Shown here one piece after another: positions 49,516 to 63,374 of a stretch of DNA of 64,000 nt (positions are counted from its first letter, which is position 1; each line of letters begins with the position of its first letter). The position numbers were made by a program, and so were the translations under genes. The stretch lies in the NCBI GenBank assembly GCA_964019425.1, contig OZ025804.1, positions 310,001 to 374,000 of the forward strand, written 5' to 3'. Below the pieces are notes generated by a model that worked only from the letters and a program-made list of their open reading frames with translations, was not told the origin of the DNA and did not search any database. Origin of the DNA: Flectonema sp. DT1601 (lineage: Eukaryota).

Positions 49516-52500
49516 TTATGTGGACATCTCTATGTTACTTTCGTCAGATAGCAGGCGGTCTAGTTTCGTAGCTGTTTTAGTGATGGATGCTTGAGCTTGC
49601 GAATGTTGATCTTGGAAGTAGAGAAATGGAGCAACAGTATGTTCCTGTTCTTTGTTGTAAATCTCACGAAACATCGAAGCAAGTTCCTCAACAGAGAGAT
49701 AACCATCGCCATCACTGTCAGCATCACGAACAACATCGTCGACGTCTGTTCGAGTGAGGACTGCGTGTTTCGGTAGTTTTGGAATTATAGCATTTGTACT
49801 AACCATTCCTGTTTCCCCATCAGAGAGATGATTATAAAGCATTTGAAGTTCATTTACTTGTTGGTTAGTGTATCGATGCCTCCAATCATTTTGTGCTACC
49901 AACTCCTCAGCTTTCAACTCTCTCCTCCTCCTCTCTGCTTCATGAGTAAGTTTTGTATACTTTACTTCAGATACTGTTATTGAGTAGAATACCATTCTTA
50001 ATAAAACTGTAAAATCGTATGAAGGAAATCTCCCTTTATCCCTTTCAACTACTTTCCAAGAGTCAGCCTTCGGAAGTTGAATTCGAAGGTTGTGTTGAAT
50101 ATTTTCTGTCAAAGAACGCAACTGCTCCAAACTCAAAGGATCTGACTCAGCTTCATTATAAACGTTTTTCATATATGTGAACTCGTCGTATGTGAAGCAC
50201 AAGTTTTCCCTGAGTCTCTTTTGTAAGCTGTCACTACTCTCAAGATGATATTCAAAAACACCTTTTTGATCAAAACTTTTATTAAGACGTGGTTTAAATG
50301 AGTTGCCATGAATAGCGTATAACTTACCATCCAATGAAGTAATTACTTGAATTGTGCGGAGGTTGCTATCTTCAGGAACCTCTACTCGAATAGCTTTCTT
50401 ATTCTTTGCATCAATTTCCCACAAGGAACCCGAATTCCCCTGACATGCGATAGCCCCACAAAGTGCAAACAGTCTTCGTTCACAAGCTACCAAGGCAACC
50501 GCTTCAGAGAATCCATCAGTCATTATTGTCCTGGTTACTCCTGTTGTTGTTTGTTATTCTTTTTAGATGAGCTGGTCATACCAGTCCTTTCACGTTCTCC
50601 AAAATTCTATTTTGGCAATTTGTGTCAATTTCTCAAGTCCGCTAATCTCCAATAATTTTACGTACAAAAAGTCCTACTGGAAATGAATTGAAGCAGATCT
50701 CCCATCCATGTAGGGGTTCGAGACGTATATTTGAACTGACGTAACAACCAGGAAGGTGAAATGGTTTGATAAGAATAGTTTGTAAGCAGTTAAAGCAGCT
50801 TTGAGGATTGGGTTTGACAGGAACTAATTTAGATGCAGGCAACTACAACACAAATGGGTGACAAGAATAGAGAACAACAATACTTATCAGTAGACTCATC
50901 AAGTATAATATTCTGATATATCAACAGCAGCAGTTCTGAGAAGACCGCAGAATACTTTATCATCATTTTAGTTATGAGGTGGCTATCGTACTGAGGTTAC
51001 CAACTGTTCTCGAAATGCACAAGTCTTCCATCCATGTAGGGGTTCGAGACGTATATTTATTACGTCACAACCAGGACAGTTGAAATGGTTTGACTACTGG
51101 AGATGAATTGAATCAGATCTCCCATCCATGTAGGGGTTCGAGACGTATATTTGAACTGACGTAACAACCAGGAAGGTGAAATGGTTTGATGAGAATAGTT
51201 TGTAAGCAGTTAAAGCAGCTTTGAGGATTGGGTTTGACAGGAATTAATTTAGTTGCAGGCAACTACAACACAAATGGGTGACAAGAATAGAGAACAACAA
51301 TACTTATCAGTAGACTCATCAAGTATAATATTCTGATATATCAACAGCAGCAGTTCTGAGAAGACCGCAGAATACTTTATCATCATTTTAGTTATGAGGT
51401 GGCTATCGTACTGAGGTTACCAACTGTTCTAGAAATGCACAAGTCTTCCATCCATGTAGGGGTTCGAGACGTATATTTGAACTGACGTAACAACCAGGAA
51501 GGTGAAATGGTTTGATAAGAATAGTTTGTAAGCAGTTAAAGCAGCTTTGAGGATTGGGTTTGACAGGAACTAATTTAGATGCAGGCAACTACAACACAAA
51601 TGGGTGACAAGAATAGAGAACAACAATACTTATCAGTAGACTCATCAAGTATAATATTCTGATATATCAACAGCAGCAGTTCTGAGAAGACCGCAGAATA
51701 CTTTATCATCATTTTAGTTATGAGGTGGCTATCGTACTGAGGTTACCAACTGTTCTCGAAATGCACAAGTCTTCCATCCATGTAGGGGTTCGAGACGTAT
51801 ATTTGTTACGTCACAACCAGGACAGTTGAAATGGTTTGACTACTGGAGACGAATTGAATCAGATCTCCCATCCATGTAGGGGTTCGAGACGTATATTTGT
51901 TACGTCACAACCAGGACAGTTGAAATGGTTTGACTACTGGAGACGAATTGAATCAGATCTCCCATCCATGTAGGGGTTCGAGACGTATATTTGAACTGAC
52001 GTAACAACCAGGAAGGTGAAATGGTTTGATAAGAATAGTTTGTAAGCAGTTAAAGCAGCTTTGAGGATTGGGTTTGACAGGAACTAATTTAGATGCAGGC
52101 AACTACAACACAAATGGGTGACAAGAATAGAGAACAACAATACTTATCAGTAGACTCATCAAGTATAATATTCTGATATATCAACAGCAGCAGTTCTGAG
52201 AAGACCGCAGAATACTTTATCATCATTTTAGTTATGAGGTGGCTATCGTACTGAGGTTACCAACTGTTCTAGAAATGCACAAGTCTTCCATCCATGTAGG
52301 GGTTCGAGACGTATATTTGTTACGTCACAACCAGGACAGTTGAAATGGTTTGACTACTGGAGACGAATTGAATCAGATCTCCCATCCATGTAGGGGTTCG
52401 AGACGTATATTTGAACTGACGTAACAACCAGGAAGGTGAAATGGTTTGATAAGAATAGTTTGTAAGCAGTTAAAGCAGCTTTGAGGATTGGGTTTGACAG

Positions 52501-54332
52501 GAACTAATTTAGATGCAGGCAACTACAACACAAATGGGTGACAAGAATAGAGAACAACAATACTTATCAGTAGACTCATCAAGTATAATATTCTGATATA
52601 TCAACAGCAGCAGTTCTGAGAAGACCGCAGAATACTTTATCATCATTTTAGTTATGAGGTGGCTATCGTACTGAGGTTACCAACTGTTCTAGAAATGCAC
52701 AAGTCTTCCATCCATGTAGGGGTTCGAGACGTATATTTGTTACGTCACAACCAGGACAGTTGAAATGGTTTGACTACTGGATACGAATTGAATCAGATCT
52801 CCCATCCATGTAGGGGTTCGAGACGTATATTTGAACTGACGTAACAACCAGGAAGGTGAAATGGTGTGAAGTACGGGAAATTTGAGGAAACGAAGGCACT
52901 AAAGAAAGTGAATCACACACCAGTTTTTACGTTTAATGAACACAAAGAACCTGATCCCCGGAGTCCAAAAGCAGAACCATGCGCAGTATAAATAACATCC
53001 CCAACCACAGTCATCGCCTGAACGTCAGGCATACTCCTATCAGGTAGCAGTCGACGTTGATGACCCGTTTCAAGAACTATTTCATGAATTGAACAACAAG
53101 TTGATGTCTCACGTGAAACTACTGGTGATTGTGACATATTCATGTCTCCACAGTAGACGAAGAGTGATGAAGAGTTAGCAGTAAGTAATACACCTGTTGT
53201 TGTTTTTTGTATATTTATTAACCCTTTTTGCTATAAAACAAGTAAAAGTTGACATACCAAATCGAAATCCAGTAGCAAGAACAGAAAATGTTGTTTCAGC
53301 TACGTCATATGACCACAAAGAACCTGACTCTGACAGACCATGAGCGGAACCACAAATAAAAAACAGATGAGTTGAGTTTGATGTGAAGCACTGTGCATCA
53401 GACATCGGTATTCCAGGAGTAGGGATGCAATGTTTATCTGATGACGTTGATGGTGAAAATTCCCACAAACTACAACCATCAATTGCTCTTTGAAATGTTA
53501 ATGAACTAGAACCAGAACTAAAGGACTGATCACTTGGTAGTGCTGGTGGTCTTCCTAATTTTCCAGTTATAACAAACAATCGATTATTGCAACCAGTCAT
53601 GAGCATCACATTAGAGAAACCAGTTCTAATACGCTGGCTTGAAACAGCACATCTCCGTTTTGTAATAAGTGAAGCATCATTTGCTTGAGAAGCTTTTGAT
53701 TGTGAAGGTTTTCTTTTAGGACCACCAGATGAAAATCTACCGCGTCGGATGTGTGAATTAAGAGATGAGACTCTACCACTGTTCTCAGTATGCTTTACGT
53801 GACCACATGGAAGGGTGGTATCCTTTACTTGTGAGACATCACTATTGTCTGTGTCTTCTATGTGTAAGACCTGTCTCTGTAATTCAGTCATCTTTATCGT
53901 AACTGATTGTTTGTATACTTTCGGGTCTTGTTGCTTTGCTCTAACGAGATCAATCTTCTTGTTCAGTTTTTTCAATTTCATTTTTTCTTTTCTTTTTTTA
54001 CGTTGAATTAAGTGATCAAAATGACCAAGTTCCCACGAAGATATTGATGTCGGCTGTCCTTGATCATCTTTTGGTATTCCTAAGAATGAATCAATCAGAT
54101 TTCTACCTCCTGGAATACCCCGTCTACCATTATTTATTTGAATAAATGAACTATTGAACATCTCTTCTTCTAAAGGGGAGTGTCTGCTAGCAACTGAAGC
54201 CACATCACCACCGCGAAGACCTTCTTTGTGATGCTGCCTTCTACTGACTTTACCAGCTAGTAAACTGCACGATAGCATCATTCCCTGAGGTAGTCGCAGC
54301 GGTGCGTGTATTGAATCTTGAATTGGACGCAT
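49516..54332 (-). CDS. Beta-propeller-like repeat protein with a C-terminal EF-hand pair
   Basis: Exons 54332-53258, 53193-52921 and 50540-49516 join in frame. Repeats of LF/Y.I.G...SGSLW; EF-hand DADSDGDGYLSVEE. Confidence 0.75.
50674..52865. repeat. Tandem array D of the same repeat (in intron 52920-50541)
   Basis: Unit starts at 50886, 51306, 51632, 52146, 52566 (periods 420, 326, 514, 420). Confidence 0.98.
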
Positions 54333-55200
54333 TAGATAACATTTGAAGTAATCCTTATGTGAAGAGGTGCTGTGAAGTTAGTTTGAATGAAGTAATCCGT
54401 GTTGAATAAAAAGTAAACTTAATAAAGAATAGATTGCTTACTTTGATGTGGTGAACATGGATAACGAAGCATGAACGAGCTGATTGTGAAAACTGTAGTG
54501 ACCATATAAGAATAGATAACACGTTGTGAAAGATGATAATAAAAAACTGATAACGGTATCGATTAACTTACTCTTATCAAAAAAAAAAAAAAAAAAAAAA
54601 CTCATTCATGAGTAGATTAAGATACCGTAGCACCCCGTTTTCGACAGGAGTAGCGACTTATTGTTATTATATTTTTATTATTTTTTTTTTCCTCATCTTT
54701 TTTTTTTTTTTTTTTTTTTTTTTCTCCCCTCCATTCAACTTGCTTCTCGGAGACTCATTGAGTCTGCAAAGCTGCAGGTCAGCCACTAAAGTTGGCATCT
54801 CCCACTCAAAGAAGAATGATAAAACTCGTAATACTAGAAGGCTTTTCGTTGTGTTCTGCTGGCTCTGGTTCTTATGAATGCTGCACGACATAATTCAGAG
54901 CAACGAGTATCTGAAGCTGCATCGATGCAGGTCATATTGTACCATTTGCCAGTGAATGATAATTTTTTTTTTTTCACTTTTTTTTTTTTTTTCCCATTCT
55001 TTTTTTTCCTTCCATTAATTCTTATTTCTCTCTCTCCGCGAACAAAAGTTACAATTCTACAACACCGTAATAGGAATTTTTTTTTTTTTTTTTTTTTTTT
55101 TCCTGTTCTCTGTGTCACAGGAACGGACAGTAATTTTTTTTAAATAAACAACTACAAATGCGGAGACAAATACTACTGTCATACGGCTTAGGAAGCAAAT

Positions 55201-56328
55201 TTACAATAAATCATCATAACAAGTTACGTGAACTTGAGCAATATTCCAGGTAGGCACCTTATTAACCTCTTCAAGAGATTGGTACCACGTTGACGTACCG
55301 GCTGCCTGAAGAAAAGGTTGCGAGTGAATATCTTCACAAACTGACCACCCAGGACAATGGGCAGGAGTCGTATCAGTAGCAGTGGCGATGTGTTGGAGAT
55401 CACTTGTCATAGCGATGACCCAGGTGGGTCGGTTTGCAAATAAGAAGTTGGAAGGGCACCAATAAATAACATTACTTTCATCACTACTGCCATAAGACAT
55501 TCGATAGTTTACATCAATAGAGCGACGTATGAACGAAATGTCAGAAACCGGATGTAATCCTTCTATCCAAAACTTCATACAATAATCATCTCCCGATGTT
55601 TGAGGATCGATTGCCTTATTTTCATCAATGAAATACTGAGGTATAGCTCTTACAGCTGAGTCAAGAACCCAACCTCCAGAACCATCTTGCCTTCTCCAAT
55701 TAGTAACCTGATGAGGTAGGCTACCTCCATGGTGTGTTGCCATCGCCCATCCTGTGTCAGCATCATGACTTGGACCTAGAACCCAATTGCCATGGCTATC
55801 CGTGAACAACCAGCGTTCACCTTGTTGGTTTGGCTGAGAACTCTCAATAGGTGAGCATTTCCAAAGTGGAAATCCCCTTATCAGTTGTGGTTGGATGATG
55901 CAATGACCTCTGAGATGGTCTTTAGTCGTGGATCGTATAAGTAATTCTTCAATTGGTTTTGGTTTACTTGTGGAAACTCTAACTGTTGAATCTCTTACCC
56001 AATCTTTATTTAATACTCTTCCCCATTCAAGGACTTGATCAGGAGGCTTACCTTGATGTCCTTCGATGGTAACAATCCAACCCATATTTATATCAACTGC
56101 ATCAGTTGTACCAATTAACCATACGTCCCCATTACATCTTGAGCCCAGGGCTATTCTTCGTTCTGGTTTAATACCTGATGCGTATCCCGTAGATACCCAT
56201 GTAAGGTGTCCTCTAATTGGAGGGTAGCTATCGTCTACTTCGTACCTTCCACTGGCCTCTGGTATGTTAGGTGAAGATACCCAAATCACTTCACCAACAG
56301 CAATGAGAACTACAGCGACCAGCAGCAT
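55201..56328 (-). CDS. Secreted/surface hypothetical protein with Trp-rich repeated domains
   Basis: Signal peptide MLLVAVVLIAVG; two related domains (IRGHLTW...W.I...H.G.PP..V..W...WVRDS / IRGFPLW...WVL...HGGSLPHQVTNW...WVLDS). Confidence 0.7.
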   Translation of the reverse strand: MLLVAVVLIAVGEVIWVSSPNIPEASGRYEVDDSYPPIRGHLTWVSTGYASGIKPERRIALGSRCNGDVWLIGTTDAVDINMGWIVTIEGHQGKPPDQVLEWGRVLNKDWVRDSTVRVSTSKPKPIEELLIRSTTKDHLRGHCIIQPQLIRGFPLWKCSPIESSQPNQQGERWLFTDSHGNWVLGPSHDADTGWAMATHHGGSLPHQVTNWRRQDGSGGWVLDSAVRAIPQYFIDENKAIDPQTSGDDYCMKFWIEGLHPVSDISFIRRSIDVNYRMSYGSSDESNVIYWCPSNFLFANRPTWVIAMTSDLQHIATATDTTPAHCPGWSVCEDIHSQPFLQAAGTSTWYQSLEEVNKVPTWNIAQVHVTCYDDLL

Positions 56329-56793
56329 GGATTCTTCCCGTCCATTTATTCAATTTCCTTGCCCGTCTAGACAAAAATAATAATAACTGTTTTTTCCGAC
56401 AAAAGAAAATATGAAAAATATATTTCCGACATTATCAGAGGTTTGGTGCAGATTGCTGAAAATCCTGTAAAGGAAAACAACCTGGACAGCCATAGTTTAG
56501 AAAAAACTAAAGCATTCATCCAAAAAAAAAAAAAAAAAAAAAAAGATGCATCCTCCCAGCAGAACATAAAGTTAACTATGGTCGACCTTTCTTTTTAACA
56601 ATAAGAATAATCAATGAGGAAGCAACTAGAAAGCTTCCAGCATCCGCTTTGCGAACAGTGTTTCTAAAATGATAAATAAACGAAAACAGGGCAGTCCCTG
56701 AAAAGGGACAGCCCTGTTGGAAGCCAATCTGATGTTCAAATGACACAAAAAAAACGCAACAAATAACGAAACCGTATTTTGGCGACAAAGTTC

Positions 56794-58061
56794 CTAATAA
56801 ATAGAAGGTACTGAGGAACACGTAAAAACAGGAGTTCCCTCCCATCCCTTAAGTCTAACTGGTCTACACTGAGGTGAAGTAATGAGACCCTGTCTTGGAG
56901 GGGGTGCAGGGGGCATAGCATTGGGCGGATACTTACCATGACCAGAAGGTTGAGGAGGACACATCGACATATTCTGCAGTCGAGATGGAGGAATGTTGCT
57001 TCCCAATCGAGGACGACTTTTCCTGGCGTATTTACGACAGGCGACAACCCTACATCGATACGCAGCGCTGTTAATGATGAAAGAGTTAGAAAGAATAGCC
57101 GGCAGTGGCAGACCTTCCAATGATACCTGCGTGCAAGACCCCTCCGGTGATTGAGTGCCAGATCCGTCAACACGTTCCTCTTTAAATGGATTGTCTTCAG
57201 TGATTCTCGACAAGTTCCATTGGATTGGCATTCCCGGTAAGATAAGTGGTTCTTCTGATTGGTTTGAAGTTTTAATATACGAATGTTCAAGCATTACTAT
57301 TTTTTGAAAAACTCGATTCTCTATTGAGTTAAGCATTGCTATTACTTTGTTAGTACCGTTGCTGATGTCCCGCCCTTGTGATGTCCAGAGGAGGCAGGTT
57401 TCTACCAGACAAAAATAGAACCCACTTGCTGATATCGATTTCGGAACACCAAATTCCACCCTCCACTGCTTTTCACTACTGCAGTTCCTTTCACGATATA
57501 AATCCGATAAAGCGATAGCCTGGCTGATACTCATCGGCAAGTATGGCGCCAAAACCTTTAACATACTGTTAACAAAAACCGTATATCTTTGTTCTGGAAT
57601 GTTGTTGCTGGAAGGACAAATTCGATTTTTCCACCTTCTCAAAACCTCACATATATTTGCTTCTCCTATTAATATTTGGCATCTTTCAGTAACAGAAAAT
57701 AGTGACGGTACGGCTATGCTTTCTGGTGTGGTTCCCTTTTTATTCAGTATTCCGCTCATGTAATGCAGCAGTCTGCAGAGTTGTCGTCTATCAATGCTGG
57801 CCTTTTGTTGTAATTTATTATTCATTTTTTCGATTACAGGATCTGTTCCCTGTAGCTGTACCCACAACATATCCATATCGTCGTTATACCATTTGCCGTG
57901 TAGGCTGCTCGAGCCTGATGCCTGTGCCCAAAGAGAGCTTCCTCTCATTGGCTCAGGTGGAATCTGTTTGAAAAAGTGATTTATTAGCATAGCAGATTGC
58001 TCAATGGATATCCAAGGCTAGGCTCAACAGATTGGATTGTATATCGACCTGGATATACCAT
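56794..58061 (-). CDS. Hypothetical protein (both ends uncertain)
   Basis: ~390-codon ORF behind an acceptor at 57964; possible ATG|GT micro-exon at 58061-58059; possible donor GTAAGT near 56935. Confidence 0.55.
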
Positions 58062-58219
58062 CACGTGTTGCTTTTTTTTTTTTTTTTTCCTCTCGAATAC
58101 AAATTTACAGCAACACGCACCGTTCACAATATCAATGAAGGGCCACGCAAGCAGATACTCACTATGACAAGCTGGTGCTAACCAATGTGTCTCGGCTCAC
58201 GTACGTTGGATGGTTTCTT

Positions 58220-58936
58220 CTACCAAAACAACCAGACAATGAATAATAGGATAGCAATAACAGAAACTAATATAATCTGATCTCTGTTATATTTTCTGTT
58301 AATAGAAATAATTATATTATTTATTACTGGGATGCTAGCAGCGAGGGCGCGAACTCGATTTCCAGCTCGTTCCTGATTGTTTTTTTTTTTTTTTTTTTTT
58401 TTAAATGTTCAAGTACTCAAAATCATGAATTTTCAAAAATTAAAAACAGGTCTTTAACATACCAACACGTTAAATGTACTAACTAGGTTGGTGTGACCTG
58501 CTTGGGCTTGCTGTAAGACGTGTTCAAGTGCTTGAGTAGATTTTGTAATGCTCACTCTCTCGGCATCTAATATTTGGTGAGAGGCACTGTCTTCATTTCT
58601 ATGAGACACTTCCACGTTAGAAAACAACTCTTGTCGGTTTGCTTCTTTTAATACCCGAGTTCGATTCTCTTCGAGATGCGATGACAGCTCACAATAAACA
58701 CACCGGATTCGATGAAGCTGTAACCTCTGACCGCTACTTAATAAATCTTCGTCTATCGAGTCTGTTGCTACTAATAGGTTCTCCAACATAATATCAATGT
58801 CACACGACATCAATCTACATCCCTCATAATTACCACTTACAGTCATGCTATTTAATGATACAAGCTTCTGCTCAATATGAGAGACCAGAACATTTGCTTT
58901 CTTCTGATAAGCTTGAAAACCCCCCTTTGATGTCAT
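58220..58936 (-). CDS. GOS1: Golgi Qb-SNARE, Gos1/GS28-like
   Basis: Exons 58936-58463 and 58372-58220. SHIEQKLVSL, RQELF, ERVSITKS, and C-terminal IPVINNIIISINRKYNRDQIILVSVIAILLFIVWLFW (SNARE motif + TM anchor). Confidence 0.8.
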
Positions 58937-59130
58937 TGGTTGCCTGTATACTGTCGTTGAGTTTAATACACAATTAAATTACAATTTTTTTTTTTTACAA
59001 TTTTTATTTATTCTTCTTTTTCATTTTCAACTAAATGTCACAAATAGAATTGGTTACAGTATTACACTTTAACAAACTAATAAATTACAATATGTTAGTT
59101 TGATTATATTTGATATAATCTACGTCATTT

Positions 59131-59254
59131 CAAATTCCTTATGCTCGTATGCAGTTCGTCTCTGTTAATGGATGAACAACCTTCTAGGAAATTACTTCCA
59201 ACGTTCACGAGGGTTAAACCCAAGGAAGCAAGTGATGAACAATTTCTTAGAAAA
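59131..59254 (-). pseudogene. 3'-end fragment of the UBL-LRR gene family
   Basis: Aligns by eye to 61867-61999, with a 9-bp deletion. Confidence 0.85.
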
Positions 59255-59356
59255 AAAGGCATCTTTTCTTGGCGCTCAGTGTTGATGGAAAATCACCCAA
59301 ATCCAACTTTGGATAATTTGGTCACTGTTTGCACCTGAGAAGGAAATATGATAAGA

Positions 59357-61203
<1,847 letters not shown>

Positions 61204-61863
61204 CTGAATACATATGAACTACATCACTATCTGTTCATTATCGTATGGTGTGAAGTCCCCGGGGAGTTCCTTGTTTTAGTAATTACTTTGAGGGAGTAAT
61301 AAGATACTTAATCAGGCTCAATGTAACAACACTACGGGGAAGCTAAAGTCATACGCCACTGGAGAATCACAGCAGTACAGAAAGACTACTATTAGGACAA
61401 AGGAATTAATTCATATCTCTTTTTATGATGTTTACAAAAGAGAAGATTTCGGTAATTCACTTTCCATCACTGTTTTCACCTGAATAAGGCATTAACTAAA
61501 CAAGCTGAGATCAACACAAAGAAGTATCTACACTGTGGATGGGTGCAGATTACTTCCACTCGAGCAGGGAATGTGTCAGACCCGTTTCGATTCGACCAGA
61601 CACTGGCGGGGGAAGGATGCGGGTGGGGAATACCAAATGGGGTTGGGAGTCTGATAGAATATGACCCAGTCAAGGGAATAAGAACACTGCAATGCAATCA
61701 AATATTCAATTCCAACTAACAAACACTTGTTAAGAGTGTGTGAGCGAACACACATCTTCTTTTCTGAAAACACCAACAAATAAAAGATAAATTAAATACT
61801 TTGAAATAAAACTAAGGGAACAACGCATGCACACTAAAAACAACACTTATGTGATTTATGTAA

Positions 61864-63111
61864 TTACAAATTCTTTATGCTCGTATGCAGTTCGTCTCTG
61901 TTAATGGATGAACAACCTTCTAGGAAATTACTTCCAACGGATTCCACATTCACGAGGGTTAAATCCAAGGATGTAAGTGATGAACAATTTCTTAGAAAAT
62001 AGTCTCCGACAGCTGAAACATTGCTGAGACTTGATAAGTCCAGAGATGTGAGGGATGGACAACTATTTAGGAAAAAGTCTCCAACAGCTGAAACATTGCT
62101 GAGACCTGATAAGTTAACAGATGTGAGGGATGTACAAGCGCTTAGAAAAAAGTCTCCAACAGCTGAAACATTGCTGAGACCTGATAAGTTAACAGATGTG
62201 AAGGATGAACAATTACTTAGAAAAAAGTTTCCAACAACTGAAACATTGCTGAGACTTGATAAGTTAACAGATGTGAGAGAAAAACAGGAATTTAGAAAAC
62301 AGTCTCCAACAGCTAAAACATTGCTGAGACTTGATAAATCTACAGATGTGAGGGATGGACAATTACTTAGAAAATAACTTCCAACAGCTGAAACATTGCT
62401 GAAACTTGATAAGTCAACAGATGTGAGGGATGAACAATTACGTAGAAAACAATCTCCAACAACTGAAATATTGCTGATACTTGATAAGTCAACAGATGTG
62501 AGGGATGAACAATTACCTAGAAAACCATCTCCAACAACTGAAACATTGCTGAGACTTGATAAGTCTATGGATGACAGTGAATTGCAATCTTGGAGGAAAT
62601 TATTACCAACAGATGTGATGTATTGAAGACCAGGCAGACTGACCTTTATAATGGCATGCTTTGACAATAAGAATTCATCCGAAACGGTCGTGACTGAGGG
62701 TTCAGAGTTGCTGAATGAGATGTTCGTAACATCATCCGAGAACCACTCCCTGTTATTAAACTGAAGACAGCCATCCACAGCGAATGTGGGAGTATCAAGG
62801 CAGAAAAACCCGTCCTGATCCCGTTCTCCTCGTAGGAATGCCTTCGCTCTCTTTGCATCATCTGTAAACCATTCCAATCCAAACAAGCGCACTACAGATG
62901 CATCCAACAGCGAGCCGTCCTCCACTCCGTGCGACACCAGTCGACTACCTGCTCGAAGCAGCGATCCTGCGAATGAAAGCTCAAGAAAGTCAGCATCGGT
63001 ATCCCACTCATCAGCTGCAACCTGCAATGCATCCTTCACGAGCGACTCTCCAGAAGCTGTGAAAACAACGTCAGGAAATCCTGTGTCTGGGAACGTAACC
63101 GAGAGTTGCAT
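61864..63111 (-). CDS. Ubiquitin-like domain + 25-aa LRR (BspA/LRR_5-like) protein, apparently intact paralogue
   Basis: Same N-terminus as 1979-3430; ~9 LRRs with a 75-bp period; native C-terminus SINRDELHTSIKNL. About 210 bp of upstream sequence is also shared (63112-63324 vs 3431-3638). Confidence 0.85.
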   Translation of the reverse strand: MQLSVTFPDTGFPDVVFTASGESLVKDALQVAADEWDTDADFLELSFAGSLLRAGSRLVSHGVEDGSLLDASVVRLFGLEWFTDDAKRAKAFLRGERDQDGFFCLDTPTFAVDGCLQFNNREWFSDDVTNISFSNSEPSVTTVSDEFLLSKHAIIKVSLPGLQYITSVGNNFLQDCNSLSSIDLSSLSNVSVVGDGFLGNCSSLTSVDLSSISNISVVGDCFLRNCSSLTSVDLSSFSNVSAVGSYFLSNCPSLTSVDLSSLSNVLAVGDCFLNSCFSLTSVNLSSLSNVSVVGNFFLSNCSSFTSVNLSGLSNVSAVGDFFLSACTSLTSVNLSGLSNVSAVGDFFLNSCPSLTSLDLSSLSNVSAVGDYFLRNCSSLTSLDLTLVNVESVGSNFLEGCSSINRDELHTSIKNL

Positions 63112-63344
63112 TTTAACTCGCCCGAGTAACCTACGAAATGTGATGATGAATAGCTTGGAGTATGAGTATGATGAGATTAAAGAACGTGCAAAAACATATT
63201 TCTTCAAACGGACTTCTTTTTTTTTGTTGCACAATATGGTCCCAACCTATTGAGATTAATGCTGGGTTCTGATAATGTCATCTTCGCTGTTAAGTAAAAA
63301 AGTGATAAGTAGGTTTCGCTTTCAAAGAAGAATCAGTTAAAACA

Positions 63345-63374
63345 ATTATTTTATTTATTTATTTATTTATTTAT
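63345..63374. repeat. (TTTA)n simple repeat, possibly the 3' tail of a minus-strand retroposon
   Basis: Short TTTA run just beyond the end of the shared LRR upstream homology. Confidence 0.4.

Noticed and set aside
35349..51588. Repeated 61-66 aa ORFs (MPATKLVPVKP...) and the MPASKL N-terminus of ORF 36928-40344
   Set aside because: They start at TTG inside the repeat and depend on unit variants; the real exon starts at 40148.
34412..52865. CRISPR array interpretation of the repeats
   Set aside because: There are no unique spacers, the units are 326-514 bp, the context is eukaryotic, and there are no cas genes.
4048..56567. Many short poly-Phe/poly-Lys ORFs and plus-strand ORFs overlapping genes
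   Set aside because: They are homopolymer-tract artefacts or antisense shadows of real CDSs.
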